Shown here: piece by piece, positions 36,801 to 49,549 of the stretch
Numbering within the stretch: position 1 is the first letter of the stretch
Layout: every line of letters begins with the position of its first letter
Assembly: GCA_002189035.1 (NCBI GenBank)
Contig: CM007989.1
Coordinates: 5,828,001 to 5,892,000 of the forward strand
Direction: 5' to 3'
From: Utricularia gibba
Taxonomy: Eukaryota; Plantae; Magnoliophyta
DNA: 64,000 nucleotides
The notes under the pieces: model-generated
What the model saw: only the letters and a program-made list of their open reading frames with translations
Databases searched by the model: none
What the model was told of the DNA's origin: nothing
Translations under genes and position numbers: made by a program

Positions 36801-38399
36801 ACTTTTTATCAACATTCAATACCAAAATCTTATCATTTTAATCTAAATATATGAGCTAATAAATTAGTTCTATTCCTTCATTCCACCATTCATCCTATTC
36901 CTTGATTGTTTTCTTCTTTGGATCCCACCCTATACTAGTCAAATTTTTAAAACACATCTACAAAGCCGAAAAATCCTCGAGGTTCTAGCTATTTGTTCTT
37001 TATTTGTTATATTGTATTTTCACAAAGTGCTCATTGATTCAACTTAGTAAGAATGTAATGCAATCCAGTTTTGAAATATGCTATGGGATAATTCCCAACA
37101 CCCACTTCTTCTTGATACATCTCTAAAAATATTCACATTCTTCCATCAATCTTTTAGTATGTAAATATCTTTATTCATTACAGATTTCTGAGATTTTTTT
37201 ATCCATGTCCATAATGCTTCTTAAATGTGGAAATAAAGATAGAGCTAAATGAGATGAAAATAAGATAAAAATTATGTAGTTCAAGAATGTGGCATGAAGT
37301 GGAGAAAAGGCAATAATGTTTATTTTAACAGTATGCTTAATCTTCACATAGCACCATATTTGGTCAAAATTGAAAATATGATCGAAGACATACATGATAA
37401 AACAACTATATTTTAAATGCAAATGAAATAAAAAGAATTTGTTAGTTACTAACTGCATCTTTACCAATTTCCGGAAATATTGACATTGTATTTCTGGAAA
37501 TTGAATTATTAAATTTTCTTAATGTTTGTATTCATTTTCAAAAATCATAATATTCAAATAATTTAAAATTACTTTGTTTTTAAGTCGTTTCCGGAAGGAA
37601 ACTGTCTTTCCTCGTTTTCATTTCATGAAGAAAGATGAAGCATGTTTACTGATTTCCGGAAATAGTGTAAGATGCTCTAAGTGGATAAATATTAAGTCCG
37701 TTCCCTCTTTCTCCTCCACCCACACTCAAACCATTGGTCTTGCACCTTCCTCTACTCCATGCAACTCCCATCAATAGGTTTTGTTAGTTACTAGATTAGG
37801 TTATTGGGTTAAAAAGCAATAATGGGGTTACGACATTTTGTGTTGCAAGCATTGAGAAATTTTAGTGTGCAATTTGTTTGTAGGTCGATAATGACATACC
37901 TAGTGAAAGATACATCAGCCCCAAAGAAGAAAACTTGAATGACTAATTGGCCTCCGCTGCCTCTTCAAGTAGCCAGGTGGCTCATCATAAGGTTTCGACT
38001 TCTCATCATAGTAGCCAAAGAATCAACAAAGGCATGGTTTGTTTCCCTTCGCTCACCATGCTTTTCAGTTTACTCTTGAAAACTTCTTTGGCCTCAAAAT
38101 TCTCTAAATCGCCTTCATCAAGCTCCATTTTAGGTTATCGTTGCATCAAGGAAGAGGCGAATTGACCAATATATATGAAGTAATGAGGGAGATTGAGTGG
38201 AATCTGGTGCCAATCGAGAAATTTGTTTGGAGCCACGATGACCATGATCCCCCAAGAAATCCTTTCATAAGCATTATAGGCATTATACACTTTCCTTTCG
38301 AGTTCCTCTACTAATTTTCTCAGTGGCCATGATCCCCCAAGAAATTTGCTTACTTCTCTTTTGTCTGACACATCTTATAAAATGCATTATTTGACAGAT

Positions 38400-38900
38400 T
38401 TCAAGATCAAGTTCTGGACTAAGTAGGGTGCATTCGGGAGGTTGTAGTCTCACTGGAAAAATAGCACCAAAACCTACTTTGCATCAACCCTCCCAAGTGG
38501 TGGCGAGTTTAGCTAGTAAGCATTCCCAACTCTATAGCCTAATAGGTAGAATCGGTTGAGACCTACCCCAAGACCCTTTTGATCTTTGGGCATGCATCCT
38601 ACAGAAGTCACATAAATCTAGAACACCCTCCAATATGAGGGTAGTGTCTTGACGATGGGCTAAAATCAAATACACGTATAGAGGAAGTGACAAAGAAAGT
38701 AATGAAGGAATATGGTGGGAACCATAACCCGACTTTAAAGGCACCCACAATAAGAGAAAAATCGTGGAGGGGAATTCTAGACCTTCATGGTACTGATGAT
38801 CACGAAAAAGTGTTGATGGCCATTCCGCATCCCCTTTATAGCCAAAATCTCAATCATCTGTCGTAGATATTTTGAAACTAAAAATTTACATTCCAAGTAT
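38400..38900 (-). mobile_element. Tat-type antisense-ORF remnant
   Basis: Minus-strand GLWFPPYSFITFFVTSSIRVFDFSP resembles PF04195 GLRFPLHPF...I.P.QLSPN. Confidence 0.5.
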
Positions 38901-39945
38901 TGAGGTGTGATGGAATGAAGGCCTTAGAAAGGAGGAGAATGTACATTTTAAGGAATGTGAAAAACTAAACTTAGAAAGGTAGAAAAAATAACTTTAAAAC
39001 TATTTTTTTTCATATGAAAGTTGAAACCCCAGCATAAGAGGTTACTTCTAAAATTTCATTATGGTGAAGGAATTATTTTTCTCTAATTCAAGGAGGACGA
39101 CCCCCAACTCTAAGGAGGATGGACTGGGTCTCTTTGGTGCTTGCTCAATAGAATACCCCGAACATGCATGGAATGAATTAGAATTTGAAAAATTAATATC
39201 TAAATAATGTTTAAATTCATTTCTTATTGCAATTTAGAAGGATGGTTTTGTAGCTTCTCCTCTTTTGTTTGATAAGGTGTGTCGTTGAATCAATATTGAT
39301 CTCATCTTGAAAATATGTCAAATAGGCTATCAATATAACTTTGACTCTATGGGACTGTTCAATTTCGATTTTATATTATTCTTTTTTGAAAAAAATATTT
39401 TATAAAAGATTTAGATAATCTCTCTATTTAAGAATATTTACTAAAAAAATATCTCACATACCATTAGTTGACCAATTTCACCATCACTCGAAATCCTAGA
39501 AATCAAATACTAAATACTAAATACCGAATTCTTAAAAGAAATGGATATGGCATTATACTCTCACCCCTACACGCGGGATGACAACGATTAAAAAATAGGA
39601 TGCCGATCAAAACAAATTCCAAACACCGTGCTTTGAGCTTGGGCTTTTTGTGATTCTTAACCAACCCTATCTAAATCAATCATAACATAATTTATTATAC
39701 CATTTTAAATCTATTTCATGCCATCATCCAAGCATCTCCTTAGCTACCTAAAGACATAAGAGGATACCAGTAAAAGTGAAAACACAAAAGGTCAGTTTGA
39801 ACGAGAGGAAAAGAGATCAGGATGCAAATGGAAGATTTATTACGCTGCTCCACAGTCTGTCTGTTGTCTTCAAGAAAAGAGCAACCACATGATACAAGAT
39901 GTGTCCTCCATGGCTGAACCTCATCTCAACTCAACTCAGCTCAGC

Positions 39946-41313
39946 TCAAAGACGATGTAGCAGCAGCTTGAAATAAACTATGACGTAGAAAGCCAGAGAA
40001 AAAACAGCCAGAATGTGCTGCCAAAACAGAAGAGCTGAAGCCTCACTTACAGCATACCCCCTCAAGCTTGCAACGGCTCCCAGTAAGATGGCACTTGGTG
40101 TGGTGTACTGCAACAGAAGCACAAACCTGTACATTTCGTCCTCCTGGATTAAAAAATTCAGCTTGTCTGCAAAGAACACGACCCCGATTCCGATCATGGG
40201 AAGTATGACTAGTCTAGCCACAATCACTCCGATTGTAGTTCTGATCCCAAGTTTAGATTCATTGGGTCCCTCGGCAAGCATTCCTCCTAGAATAAGCATC
40301 ACAAAAGGCACTGTTGCTCCTGCTAAAATATCTAAGCTGTCTGTGATAAATGAAAGAGGGGCATCATCTCCGTACACGAATGATTTGATCGGAGGAACCA
40401 TGCCAACAAAGAAAGCCAGGAAGGTAGCCAGAGTTGGTGGTTGAAGGATGTGCTGAATGGGGGTCTTTTCCACGACTATTCGGATTCTTCTCATCATCCG
40501 TGGCTCTGCTAAGCATCGAATGGATTTGGGGCTCCCTGGGTCAACACCGCCTTCCTCCAAGGCTTCAACTTCAGGAATAGATGTTTGGGACAGATTTGAT
40601 ACCGAGGCAAATATTCTAGCAATCAGTGGTGTTTTGCAATGCACTGTTTCCCTGTCTTCCATTCCAGGCCACTCTGCTTCCACAAGCAGAGGTCGACTAA
40701 GATCATTTGTGGACACTTGGGGCTGCGCCTCAATAGCACCCCCACTTTCAACTATCTCATAATACTCAATCGGAGGCTCCATCATGTGGTAAACAAGAGT
40801 ATAAACAAGAAGAACAGCAACCCACTGGGCAAAAGAAACATAAGCTGTACCAGTAGTATGACAAGACGGACCAAATGGATTCTCAGCACTGTGGCACACT
40901 GATCCCACAATAGCCAATGGAAGATTCCCAGTGTTCCCAAATGCAGTCATAATAACTGTAAACCTGTAGAATTCCGGAGGGGGGCGGCATAATTTCGCTA
41001 CAATCAGTCCCAACACACAACCAATAAGTGTACTGAGAATAACATTTACAGGTATGAACCACCACTTAACGAAATTCTTGGCATTTATTGTCTCTCCTAA
41101 ATGAATGAAAATGAGGCAGGGCAAGAACAACGCAAAAACAAGCTTGCTAAGCAGCCTAAATGTCGCTCTGGGAACAATTTTCGTCTTGGGGTGCGCAAGA
41201 ATCAATCCGAATACAGTAAGACTGATGAGCTTCAACACAGGCATAATCGAGAGAATCAGCTCCTCTCGAGTAGAGCGCATACCATTCTGGTTTCGCCCGA
41301 GATCTGATCCCAT
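39946..41313 (-). CDS. PILS2: PIN-LIKES auxin carrier, intronless PILS2 type, 455 aa
   Basis: Single open ORF. LLSKLVFALFLPCLIF, KWWFIPVNV, AFGNTGNLPLAIVGSVC, AYVSFAQWV, LILGGMLAEGP, YRFVLLLQYTTPSA; two hydrophobic halves separated by an acidic loop. Confidence 0.95.
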   Translation of the reverse strand: MGSDLGRNQNGMRSTREELILSIMPVLKLISLTVFGLILAHPKTKIVPRATFRLLSKLVFALFLPCLIFIHLGETINAKNFVKWWFIPVNVILSTLIGCVLGLIVAKLCRPPPEFYRFTVIMTAFGNTGNLPLAIVGSVCHSAENPFGPSCHTTGTAYVSFAQWVAVLLVYTLVYHMMEPPIEYYEIVESGGAIEAQPQVSTNDLSRPLLVEAEWPGMEDRETVHCKTPLIARIFASVSNLSQTSIPEVEALEEGGVDPGSPKSIRCLAEPRMMRRIRIVVEKTPIQHILQPPTLATFLAFFVGMVPPIKSFVYGDDAPLSFITDSLDILAGATVPFVMLILGGMLAEGPNESKLGIRTTIGVIVARLVILPMIGIGVVFFADKLNFLIQEDEMYRFVLLLQYTTPSAILLGAVASLRGYAVSEASALLFWQHILAVFSLAFYVIVYFKLLLHRL

Positions 41314-42276
41314 CTCGGGACACCGCAGAGATATTGATTTCCTCAGAAATGTAATGAAAATTTACATGCAGGAGCCAATTTCAGGAGAGAGAGAGAGGAG
41401 CAAGAAAAGGGGTGCGGAAGAGACGTAGCGGAAGAAGCTTGAAATCGGTGCAATACAATCATTCCAGGATCGGGGACGAGGACACTGAAAGCGACAGCAT
41501 CCCTATCATGCAGGTGTGGATCAATCATTCAAATTACCCAGCCATTTATTTGAACAATTACAGGCGGTGTATACCATGAAATTCCCGGATTTTATTGTCA
41601 AAATATCAATTATTATAATTCCCACACACTCTTATGTTGAAACACCCCATATATAAGACTTATTTTGATATATATTTATTTATCATGTAAATCTATCCAT
41701 TTTTTTTTTATTTCTCATCTCACTTTCTCCTACCTCCTCGATTCTCATTATTTTTTTAAATTTCTTTTTTTAATTAATATGCATATTTTATTACACTTTT
41801 ATTATACATTTTATTTAAGTTAAATATACATTAAATTTTGAAAAAAAATTGAAAATCACATTAGTTTGTAAATTTATAAAAAAATATTTTACTTCAAATT
41901 TAAATCCTAAATAATTATTAAATTTAGAATAATCAATCAAAATAAATTTTAGAATATTTTGATATAAAAAAATAATATATAAGGCCTCACCTAATAAAGT
42001 ATGATAAAATTATATTAGGTAAATCTTACATCGATTACAAATGGATGAAATAATGAGATTAAGTGGAATAATAATGTAAATTTTGCACAAGACTTTGATG
42101 AGCACAAAGAGAATTTTTATAGGAAATTCAAAGTTAAGCATATTTAATTAAGAGTAATTTCATGATGGGTGACCATTTAGGAAGTTTTTAATCAAAGATA
42201 GAGAAAATATAAAATCATTAGAGTTGGTTACCAAAAATAAACAATATTGTACAAAGGAAATATCAGTTGTGATAAG

Positions 42277-43175
42277 TGGTATCAGAGAAGGGTTTAGTCT
42301 TAGCAATAGCCTTGGATCATAGGGGGAAAGGATAAATGCCAAAAAAACTAACTAATGCATGCAAGAGGAATGAGTTGAGATGTAACATGGTTTTGGTGCA
42401 AAGAAGAAGATGCCTCCAAGGTAGGAGGGTGAGAGGTAGAGCATCGAGCCAATGACTTGATATGGAAGAAATGATTGAGACTATGGCAGCAACTATAACG
42501 AATTTGACCAACTTAAATACTAATGTGATGTAGGATAGAGTGGAAGAGAGGGGAAAAAGTAGTGATATGGATGTTGAGGATAGACAACCAAGGAAAGGAA
42601 TGCTAAAAGTTCATCATGAGGCATTAAAGAAGGTGGGAATACATGCTTTTGCTAGAGGGGATCTAGAGGATGCAAATACATGGCTACTCAAGTTGGAAGA
42701 AAAGTTTAGATGGAATTCCCAAAACCGATGAAAACCATGTTAGCCTTGCATTTGTTGGAAGGTAATGCTACAAGATGGTGGAGAAGTGTAGTTGGAAATG
42801 TATGAGATGGTGATGAGACCACTTAGTTATAATTCAAGAAAACCTTTTATGATAACTATTTCCCATCGAAACTAAGGAGAATTATGAAGGCTGAATTTCT
42901 GAGATTGTGCAAGGGAAGAGATCTAGTGATAGAGAATTTGGAAAAGTTATAGCTATATAGCAAATACACAGTTAAATGGATGATAGATGAAAATAAAAAA
43001 GTTTTCAAATTTAGGAGTGATCTTCATGAAAGGATCTTAATTATACTTGATGGATAAGAGTTGCAGAAACAAATAAGGTTTCAATAGAAATAAAAGGGCT
43101 AGACGTGAATAATATCAACAAGAATGGAATTCTGTAAGTAAGAGACCATTCAAACCAATGATGATCAAAGATAAT
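42277..43175 (+). mobile_element. Tekay/Del chromovirus 5' fragment (Met PBS, gag remnant), interrupted at 43176
   Basis: PBS TGGTATCAGAG 42277-42287; gag remnant DLEDANTWLLKLEEKF, LEGNATRWWRSV, YFPSKLR, KAEFLRL. Confidence 0.8.
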
Positions 43176-44351
43176 TGATAACACATATTTTTGAGTGGCT
43201 CAATGCATGCAATTTACTCATTTTATGCTACAAAAATTAAGCTTAATTGCATGTTTCTATATTTTTGCACATAAGTACCGTAGGAGTGCACTTTTAGTCT
43301 TAGTTGGGACTAAATCTGTGATTTAGTCCCAACCTTCTAACAGTTTCTTTCGAGCAATGCAGCATGGGTCGCAACACAAATCCCAAGGAGCCGAGTATGA
43401 ACAGTGTGGTGGCAGAGAAGGTGGCAGAAGTCTGAAAAAGAGTACACACAAAGTCCAAGGAGGTGAAAAAAGGAAGATTTTGGACAAAAAGGGAGGAAAG
43501 GTGGAGAGAGAAGCAGATCTCCCCTTGGAGACTCACGAACACAATTTCTGAGAAGGTTTTCTAGGGAGGAAGAAGAAGGAAGACAAATAGGAACGAAATA
43601 GAAGTTCAAGATTATTTTCTGTTTTCGAAGAATATTACTCCTAGCTAAGAGTAGCTAGTGACGTTTTTCAGTTTTTGTTGACACTTCACATTACTTGCTT
43701 GTTTGCTTTCTGGTATTTGACTGTGAAATGAGCACACTGTGGGTGATGTTTTCTTTTCCACTTTCGTTTACCTTAAGCATGAGTGGCTAAGTACTTAGGG
43801 GGGTGCCTTGGGGTAAAAAGGGGAGAAACATGTTAATCAACCTTTAGATCTAAACACCCATGAGTCATGCCACTTCCTTAACAAACCAGGATAGATCCAG
43901 GAGGGGGAAGTAGTGAAACCCAACTTAACAACTCTAATTAGAGGTAGACCAAAGATTAGGGGGAAAAACAAGAATCCGGGTTAACCTAGATCTTGTGAGT
44001 TAGTTGTATGATTTGTGGTTTGTGTGAGTTTGTTTAGTGATGAGCATACATCCCCTAGGAGTCCTAAGGCATCACCCATTCCATTCCAGAAACAATCGAA
44101 CTCTAGAACTTATTACTTTTCTTTATTATATTTCGTTGTAGTTTTGCTTTAGTCCTAGTTAAGACCAATTTTACCAACGTGATATTGATTCCTTGCATTG
44201 ACCTTCACATAACAAGCACCTAGCTCCTTGTGTTCGACCCTAGTCCACTATGCTCATAATTGTTTTATGCTTGAATGTGTATTAGGTTATAAATTTATTT
44301 GATAGGAGAAATTTGCAATTTAACGACATTGCGTAATTTTTCCGTTTATCA
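43176..44351 (+). repeat. 5' LTR of the Athila element (1176 bp)
   Basis: First 469 bp match 49550-50002 (about a dozen substitutions plus a 16-bp indel); last ~400 bp match 1-409. Confidence 0.93.
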
Positions 44352-44375
44352 AATTGGCGCCGTTGCCGGGGAGCG

Positions 44376-47006
44376 GTGTTTAATTGTTTTGTGATTCAGT
44401 TGATGCATTTGCGTTCTTCTGGTGCAGGTGATCTTGTTTTCCACCCAGAAATCGAGATAACTATCAGCAAGAACTGCACAAGAGTGAGAGAAGCAGCAAG
44501 GTTGAGCAGACTCCCTGCTGTTACTCAAGCTAATTTCAATATGGCAGAACATGAGAAGACCCTGAATGAGCTTTATGCAGCTGACCACACTTACAGAGGG
44601 CTTTGTATTAGGTTCTCTGATGACACAGCCAACGAATTAAAGCAAGCTATGATTAATTTTCTGCCCAAGTATTATGGAAAAGTGGTTGAAAACCCACATG
44701 AACATCTTGACAACGTGATTGTTGTTTGCACCTCTTTCAAGAGTGCTGGTTTGACTGAGGATGCCATCTGTTTGAGGGCATTCCAATTTACACTGGAAGG
44801 AAGTGCAAAAACATGGTTCAACTCTTTGAAGCCTGGGAGCATCACGGATTGGAGTGGGATGAAGAAAGTATTTCTCAACAAATATTTCCCTGCTTCAAAA
44901 GCTGAAGGAATAAGGAAGGAGATCAGTGATATTGAGCAGTCAAATGGCAAATCTTTACATGAATATTGGGAGCGTTTTAATCACCTGCTAGGCTCTTGTC
45001 CACACCATGGATTTCAGACCAATGCATTGGTCAAGTATTTTTATGATGGTCTTCTATGCACGGATAGGGCCATGGTGGACTCTGCAGCAAGTGGATTTTT
45101 GAGGAAAAAAACTCTCACAGAAGCTCTTGCGCTACTTGAGGAGTTGGCTGAGCATTTCAGGCACATAATCAGAAAACAGGCTTCGAATAGAAGAGTATAT
45201 GAGCTGGAATGTAAGCCAAAGTCATCAGAAAATAAGTTGACAAAAAATGTGGCAGCCATGTCTGAGATGATGAAGGAACTCTTTTTATTCCAAGCTAAGA
45301 ATATGGCTTGCGAGAACTGCCACAGGATTGGACACATTGCTGATAAATGTCCCGAATTGATGGAGGAAGAACATATGAAAGCAATGGGATATTTAGAGCC
45401 ACAAAGGAAGAAATATGATCCCTATTCGAGCACCTACAATCCTGGATGGAGGGATCATCCAAATTTCAGATGAAGTGATAATGATAATTCTTACAAGGGT
45501 GAGAGTTCATCAGCTGGACAGCAAGGATTTCAGAAAAATTTCCAGCAGCAACAACAACGTTCTTATCAGGCTCCACAATTTTGCAAGCCAAACCAGCAAA
45601 TGCAACAGCAATTTCAGCCTCCAAACTCGAATAATTCTGGAGGAAATTCTGGAAGCTCATTGGAGGATATTTTGAAGACTTTCATGACCCAATCAATAAA
45701 AAACCAAGCTGAGAACCAACAAGCTATCAAGAATCTTGAAATTCAAGTTACTCAGCTAGTAACAGAGGTTGGGGAGCTGAAGCAAAAAGGAAGCCTACCG
45801 TCACAAGCCAAACAGAATCCTAACTCTGGGGGAGGATAGAATATCATCGCAATGACATTGAGAAGCGTAAAAGAAAAACCTGGAAGAGAATTAGTCCTAC
45901 CTAAGAGTAATTTAGAGACGGCAGAAGACTCTGAAAATGTGGTGGAAGAAGATATTGAAGAACAAGAAGTAGAGATTGCTACTGAGCCTCTCGTGGTAAA
46001 AGTAACCCCACCACCATTTCCAGGAAGGCTGAAGGCAAGAGAGGAGCAAAATGAAAAAGAAAAGATGTTGAGAGCCTTGGGTAATACCCAATTAAATTTG
46101 ACATTGCTGGAGTATATTGATTTGGTGCCTAAAAGCGTGAAGTACCTGAAGCAACTCTGTATGTCTAAGCCAAAATTGAAGGAAAAAGGCAAGGTGAAGC
46201 TGAATGAGAGTTGTTCAGCCCTTTTGACTTGGAAGCTACCTGAAAAACGCAAGGACCCTGGAACATTTTTTATTCCTTGCAAAATAGGTGACTTGAACAT
46301 CAGGAGAGCAATGGCTGACCTGGGAGCCTCTATAAACGTGATGTCATTTTCTGTATATGAGACTCTCAGGTTAGGACCTCTACAAGCCTTAGGAGTGCAA
46401 ATTGAGCTTGCTGACCGAAGAATTATTTCTCCAAAAGGCTTTGTTGAAGATGTTCTTGTGAAGATTGAGCAGCTAGTGTTCCCAACAGACTTTTATGTGG
46501 TGAATATACCTGCTGGAGGTTCAAAGGATACGACCATCATCCTTGGAAGACCCTTCTTTAGCACTTCCAACACCATAATTAATGTGAAGATGGGTACAAT
46601 TGAGTTATCCTTTGATAAAGAAAAGATTACGCTGGACATGAAGGAAGTGAACAATTATCCCAGCGATTTTGAGAGTGTATGCTCAGTGGATATCATGGAT
46701 GAATTAGTTGAAGAACATATAGAGAGAGAAGATGACAAAAAGGAAAATGGATATAAAGAAGGCTTTGTTGAAGAATCAAATATTGAGGTGAATATGGGGC
46801 ATTTGAATGCTATAGAACGTGAATCAGAAGACAAATATGTGAATTTCAAGTCTTCCCTAGCTCACACGAAACGGGTTTTGGTTGATGTTGAGAAGAAAAA
46901 TTTCAGTGTTAGTCTTAGCTCGGATCAAGAATCACATTATTTGAAGGATTCACCCAAGATCCAAAGGAAATTTTGGATAAGGTTGAAGGGGAGAATGTTT
47001 GTGTAA
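44376..47006 (+). pseudogene. Athila gag-protease, one reading frame with two nonsense codons
   Basis: ORFs 44376-45473, 45600-45839 and 45852-47006 share one frame, separated by TGA (45471, in HPNFR[W]) and TAG (45837). Zinc knuckle CENCHRIGHIADKC; protease AMADLGASINVM and IILGRPF. Confidence 0.93.
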
Positions 47007-47681
47007 ATTATTTCAGGAAAATTGATGGACTTGAAGATGCTTACATGGTTGCAGAAACATATCTCGATGAACAGTTACTCCTAGGTAAGACTATAACTTG
47101 GGAACGAGGATCTAGTGATATTTTTAATTTAATTGCTGCAGGAATTGTACCAGTTGGAGACAGATGCAATGACAAGAACATGTATTTCAATGATGAAAAA
47201 TCTGACGTGTGGGACGATCCATATTGGTGGAGGAGATGCAAAGATGGAGTATTCAAAATGTTTAACAATTCTTGTAAAACTTTTCAGAATGAGGCCCAGG
47301 ACGTTGCTGATGATATGGTATTGAAAGATGCAACAAAAACGTAGCCTCAAAGAAAGTCTAGTCCAGGACTGGAAACAAAAACTCAAGAACAATGGAATGT
47401 TTGAAACAAGATGAACGTTACAATGGAATTTACCCTCAAATTCACCAAGCGTTTGAGGGTAAATTTGTAAAATCCTGAAAATCAGCCGTTCCCCTGTACT
47501 TATCTCTCCTGTAACCGTAGATTAATTTCCCATTTTGCAACAGGAACACAACAAAAACAAGCCAAAATAACTCCTAGCTAAGTCTAAAAGTGCAAAAATA
47601 AAATGACAGGAAAATAAAACTAACATAAATTAAACTTGGGTTGCCTCCAAAGAGGAAGAGAAAGGGAAATCACAGCGGAAA

Positions 47682-48540
47682 ATGACCAGCAAGGGCATCC
47701 CCTACTTCAAGCAACATGCAGAAATGCTCAACCTCAAGTACCTACACTTTGATGAAGAAGAATTCATAGCCAGGTACAATGAGGTAAAAGGGGCAAGGGT
47801 TCTGCCTTGTAGGGTCATAGATTTCGAAATATTGGTAGAATTGGGCATACTTACTGAAGTTCATTCAATTTTAGAGGATTCTGCGCTACTTGCTTTATGT
47901 GATTTGAACCGTCCTTTTTATGTTGAATTGATGTGTGAATTTGTTTCTACCTTTTGTTATGAGAAACAAGAAACTGTGATTGCACCATCAGCCATTACAT
48001 TTAAATTGCTAGGAAAGAATTTCTCATTATCAATTGCTGAATGAAATGTAGCTTTAGGATTTTTTACAGAAAAGCATGTTGAATCCCATGAATTTTCTAC
48101 TTCATTGTTTGATTACCCTGATGATTTTAATGCTGAAGAGGTTTATGAAATTTTAACTGATCAACATGTGATAGAATTTAAATCCAAAGGGATGAAAGCT
48201 GAGTTATTTACAAACCTTGCTATGCGAAATGTTAACTTGCTTGTTTCTGCTGTACCGTTGGTAGGGCCTTAGGATTTAATTCTCTTTACAAATGTGATTT
48301 GTTTGTAAAAGGTTATGCTTTGATAAAATTTCTGAGTTGGAATTTTTGCATGTAGAAACAAAGTTAGCCCCTCTTAATGCTCATTTTCTTAGAACTGCTG
48401 GACTGATTCGTGCACAAGGAAGTGGATTTGTTTTTAAGTCTCTTGCAGGACTTTGTGGGGAGGCACCTCTAGTTAAGGGAAAAGGAAAAACCCCTGATCA
48501 GACAGCCATGACAAAGAGGAACAAGAAAATTTGCTGCTGA
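47682..48540 (+). pseudogene. Athila env-like/ORF2 remnant
   Basis: YVELMCEFVSTF...ITFKLLGKNFSLSIAE*NVALGF is typical of the Athila downstream ORF; stops and a frameshift present. Confidence 0.75.
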
Positions 48541-49549
48541 ACTAAAAGGATTGACATAATATATGATAGGCTCGGGAATTTGCTAAGGGAAGTGAATGAA
48601 CTAAAACAGGGAGTGAAGGACTCCTTCCTGACCAAGTAACATCGCTGCATTGCCTTAATTTTATTTTTATTTTTATTTTTATTTTTGGGATCTTAGTCTA
48701 AGTTAGGAGTAATTTAGTAGTTCGATACTAGGATCAGGAGAATTTTGCAAGCTAATTGAGGAATTTTCATATGCATGAATGATGCTTTTCATGAAGTACA
48801 GGATGCATGAATTTTGTTTTAACCATTTATACACCTGTGAGCATGACTTTTAACCGATTTATCTTTGTGAGGTAGCATCATGTGTGATGAATTCTGATTT
48901 GTGCAATCGAGATTTTTTTGTGCAAGCTGACATATCTGGTTCTTTCATGGATACTAGTGGGTGAAAGGCTTATAGGGAGATAAAAAAAAAAGAGGGGGTC
49001 AGAAAAGCATCATCATAAAAAAAGCGATGAGACCCCATGTCTTGAAAAGCAACACACAATTAAAAAGCGTGTGTAGACAACAGAGTAAAGAGAGAAGGGA
49101 GGTTACGAGAATGACTTAGAGGAGTTCAGGAGTAGGAAACCCTCAAAAGAAATAAGGAGAGGAGTGCTTGGCCTACACTCCATATACAAAGGAGGGAAGC
49201 AAAAATTGACTGAGTTAAGCTTGGAACTTTCCCTACTCTTGATCTCTGTACAAAATGAAAAAAAAAAAAGGGGGTAAAGAGAGGAAGAAATGAAAAGTGA
49301 CCACTAGTATCCCTTTGAAAGCCTAATTGTGTCATGTTAGCTTATTTAATCTTTGAAGTCACTTATTTTGATGAAATTCACATGTATGCTTGAGTGATTA
49401 CCCGTCTTGCACACTAACACTCTTTCAATTCCTGCATTCTGAACCGAAATGCCAAGTCTCTGCATGGCTTTTGGAAATCCCTCAATTGCTAGCTCCTGTT
49501 AGTTTTAGTTAGGACTTGAGGACAAGTCTAGTGTCGTTGTAGCATAATG

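Noticed and set aside
40013-41428. Long ORFs antisense to PILS2 (also those opposite the WEB, kinase, gag and MULE exons)
   Set aside because: Shadow frames of real coding sequence, with no recognisable domains.
47427-47465. 14-bp stem-loop as a terminator
   Set aside because: Eukaryotic TE spacer context with no U-tract; no function can be supported.
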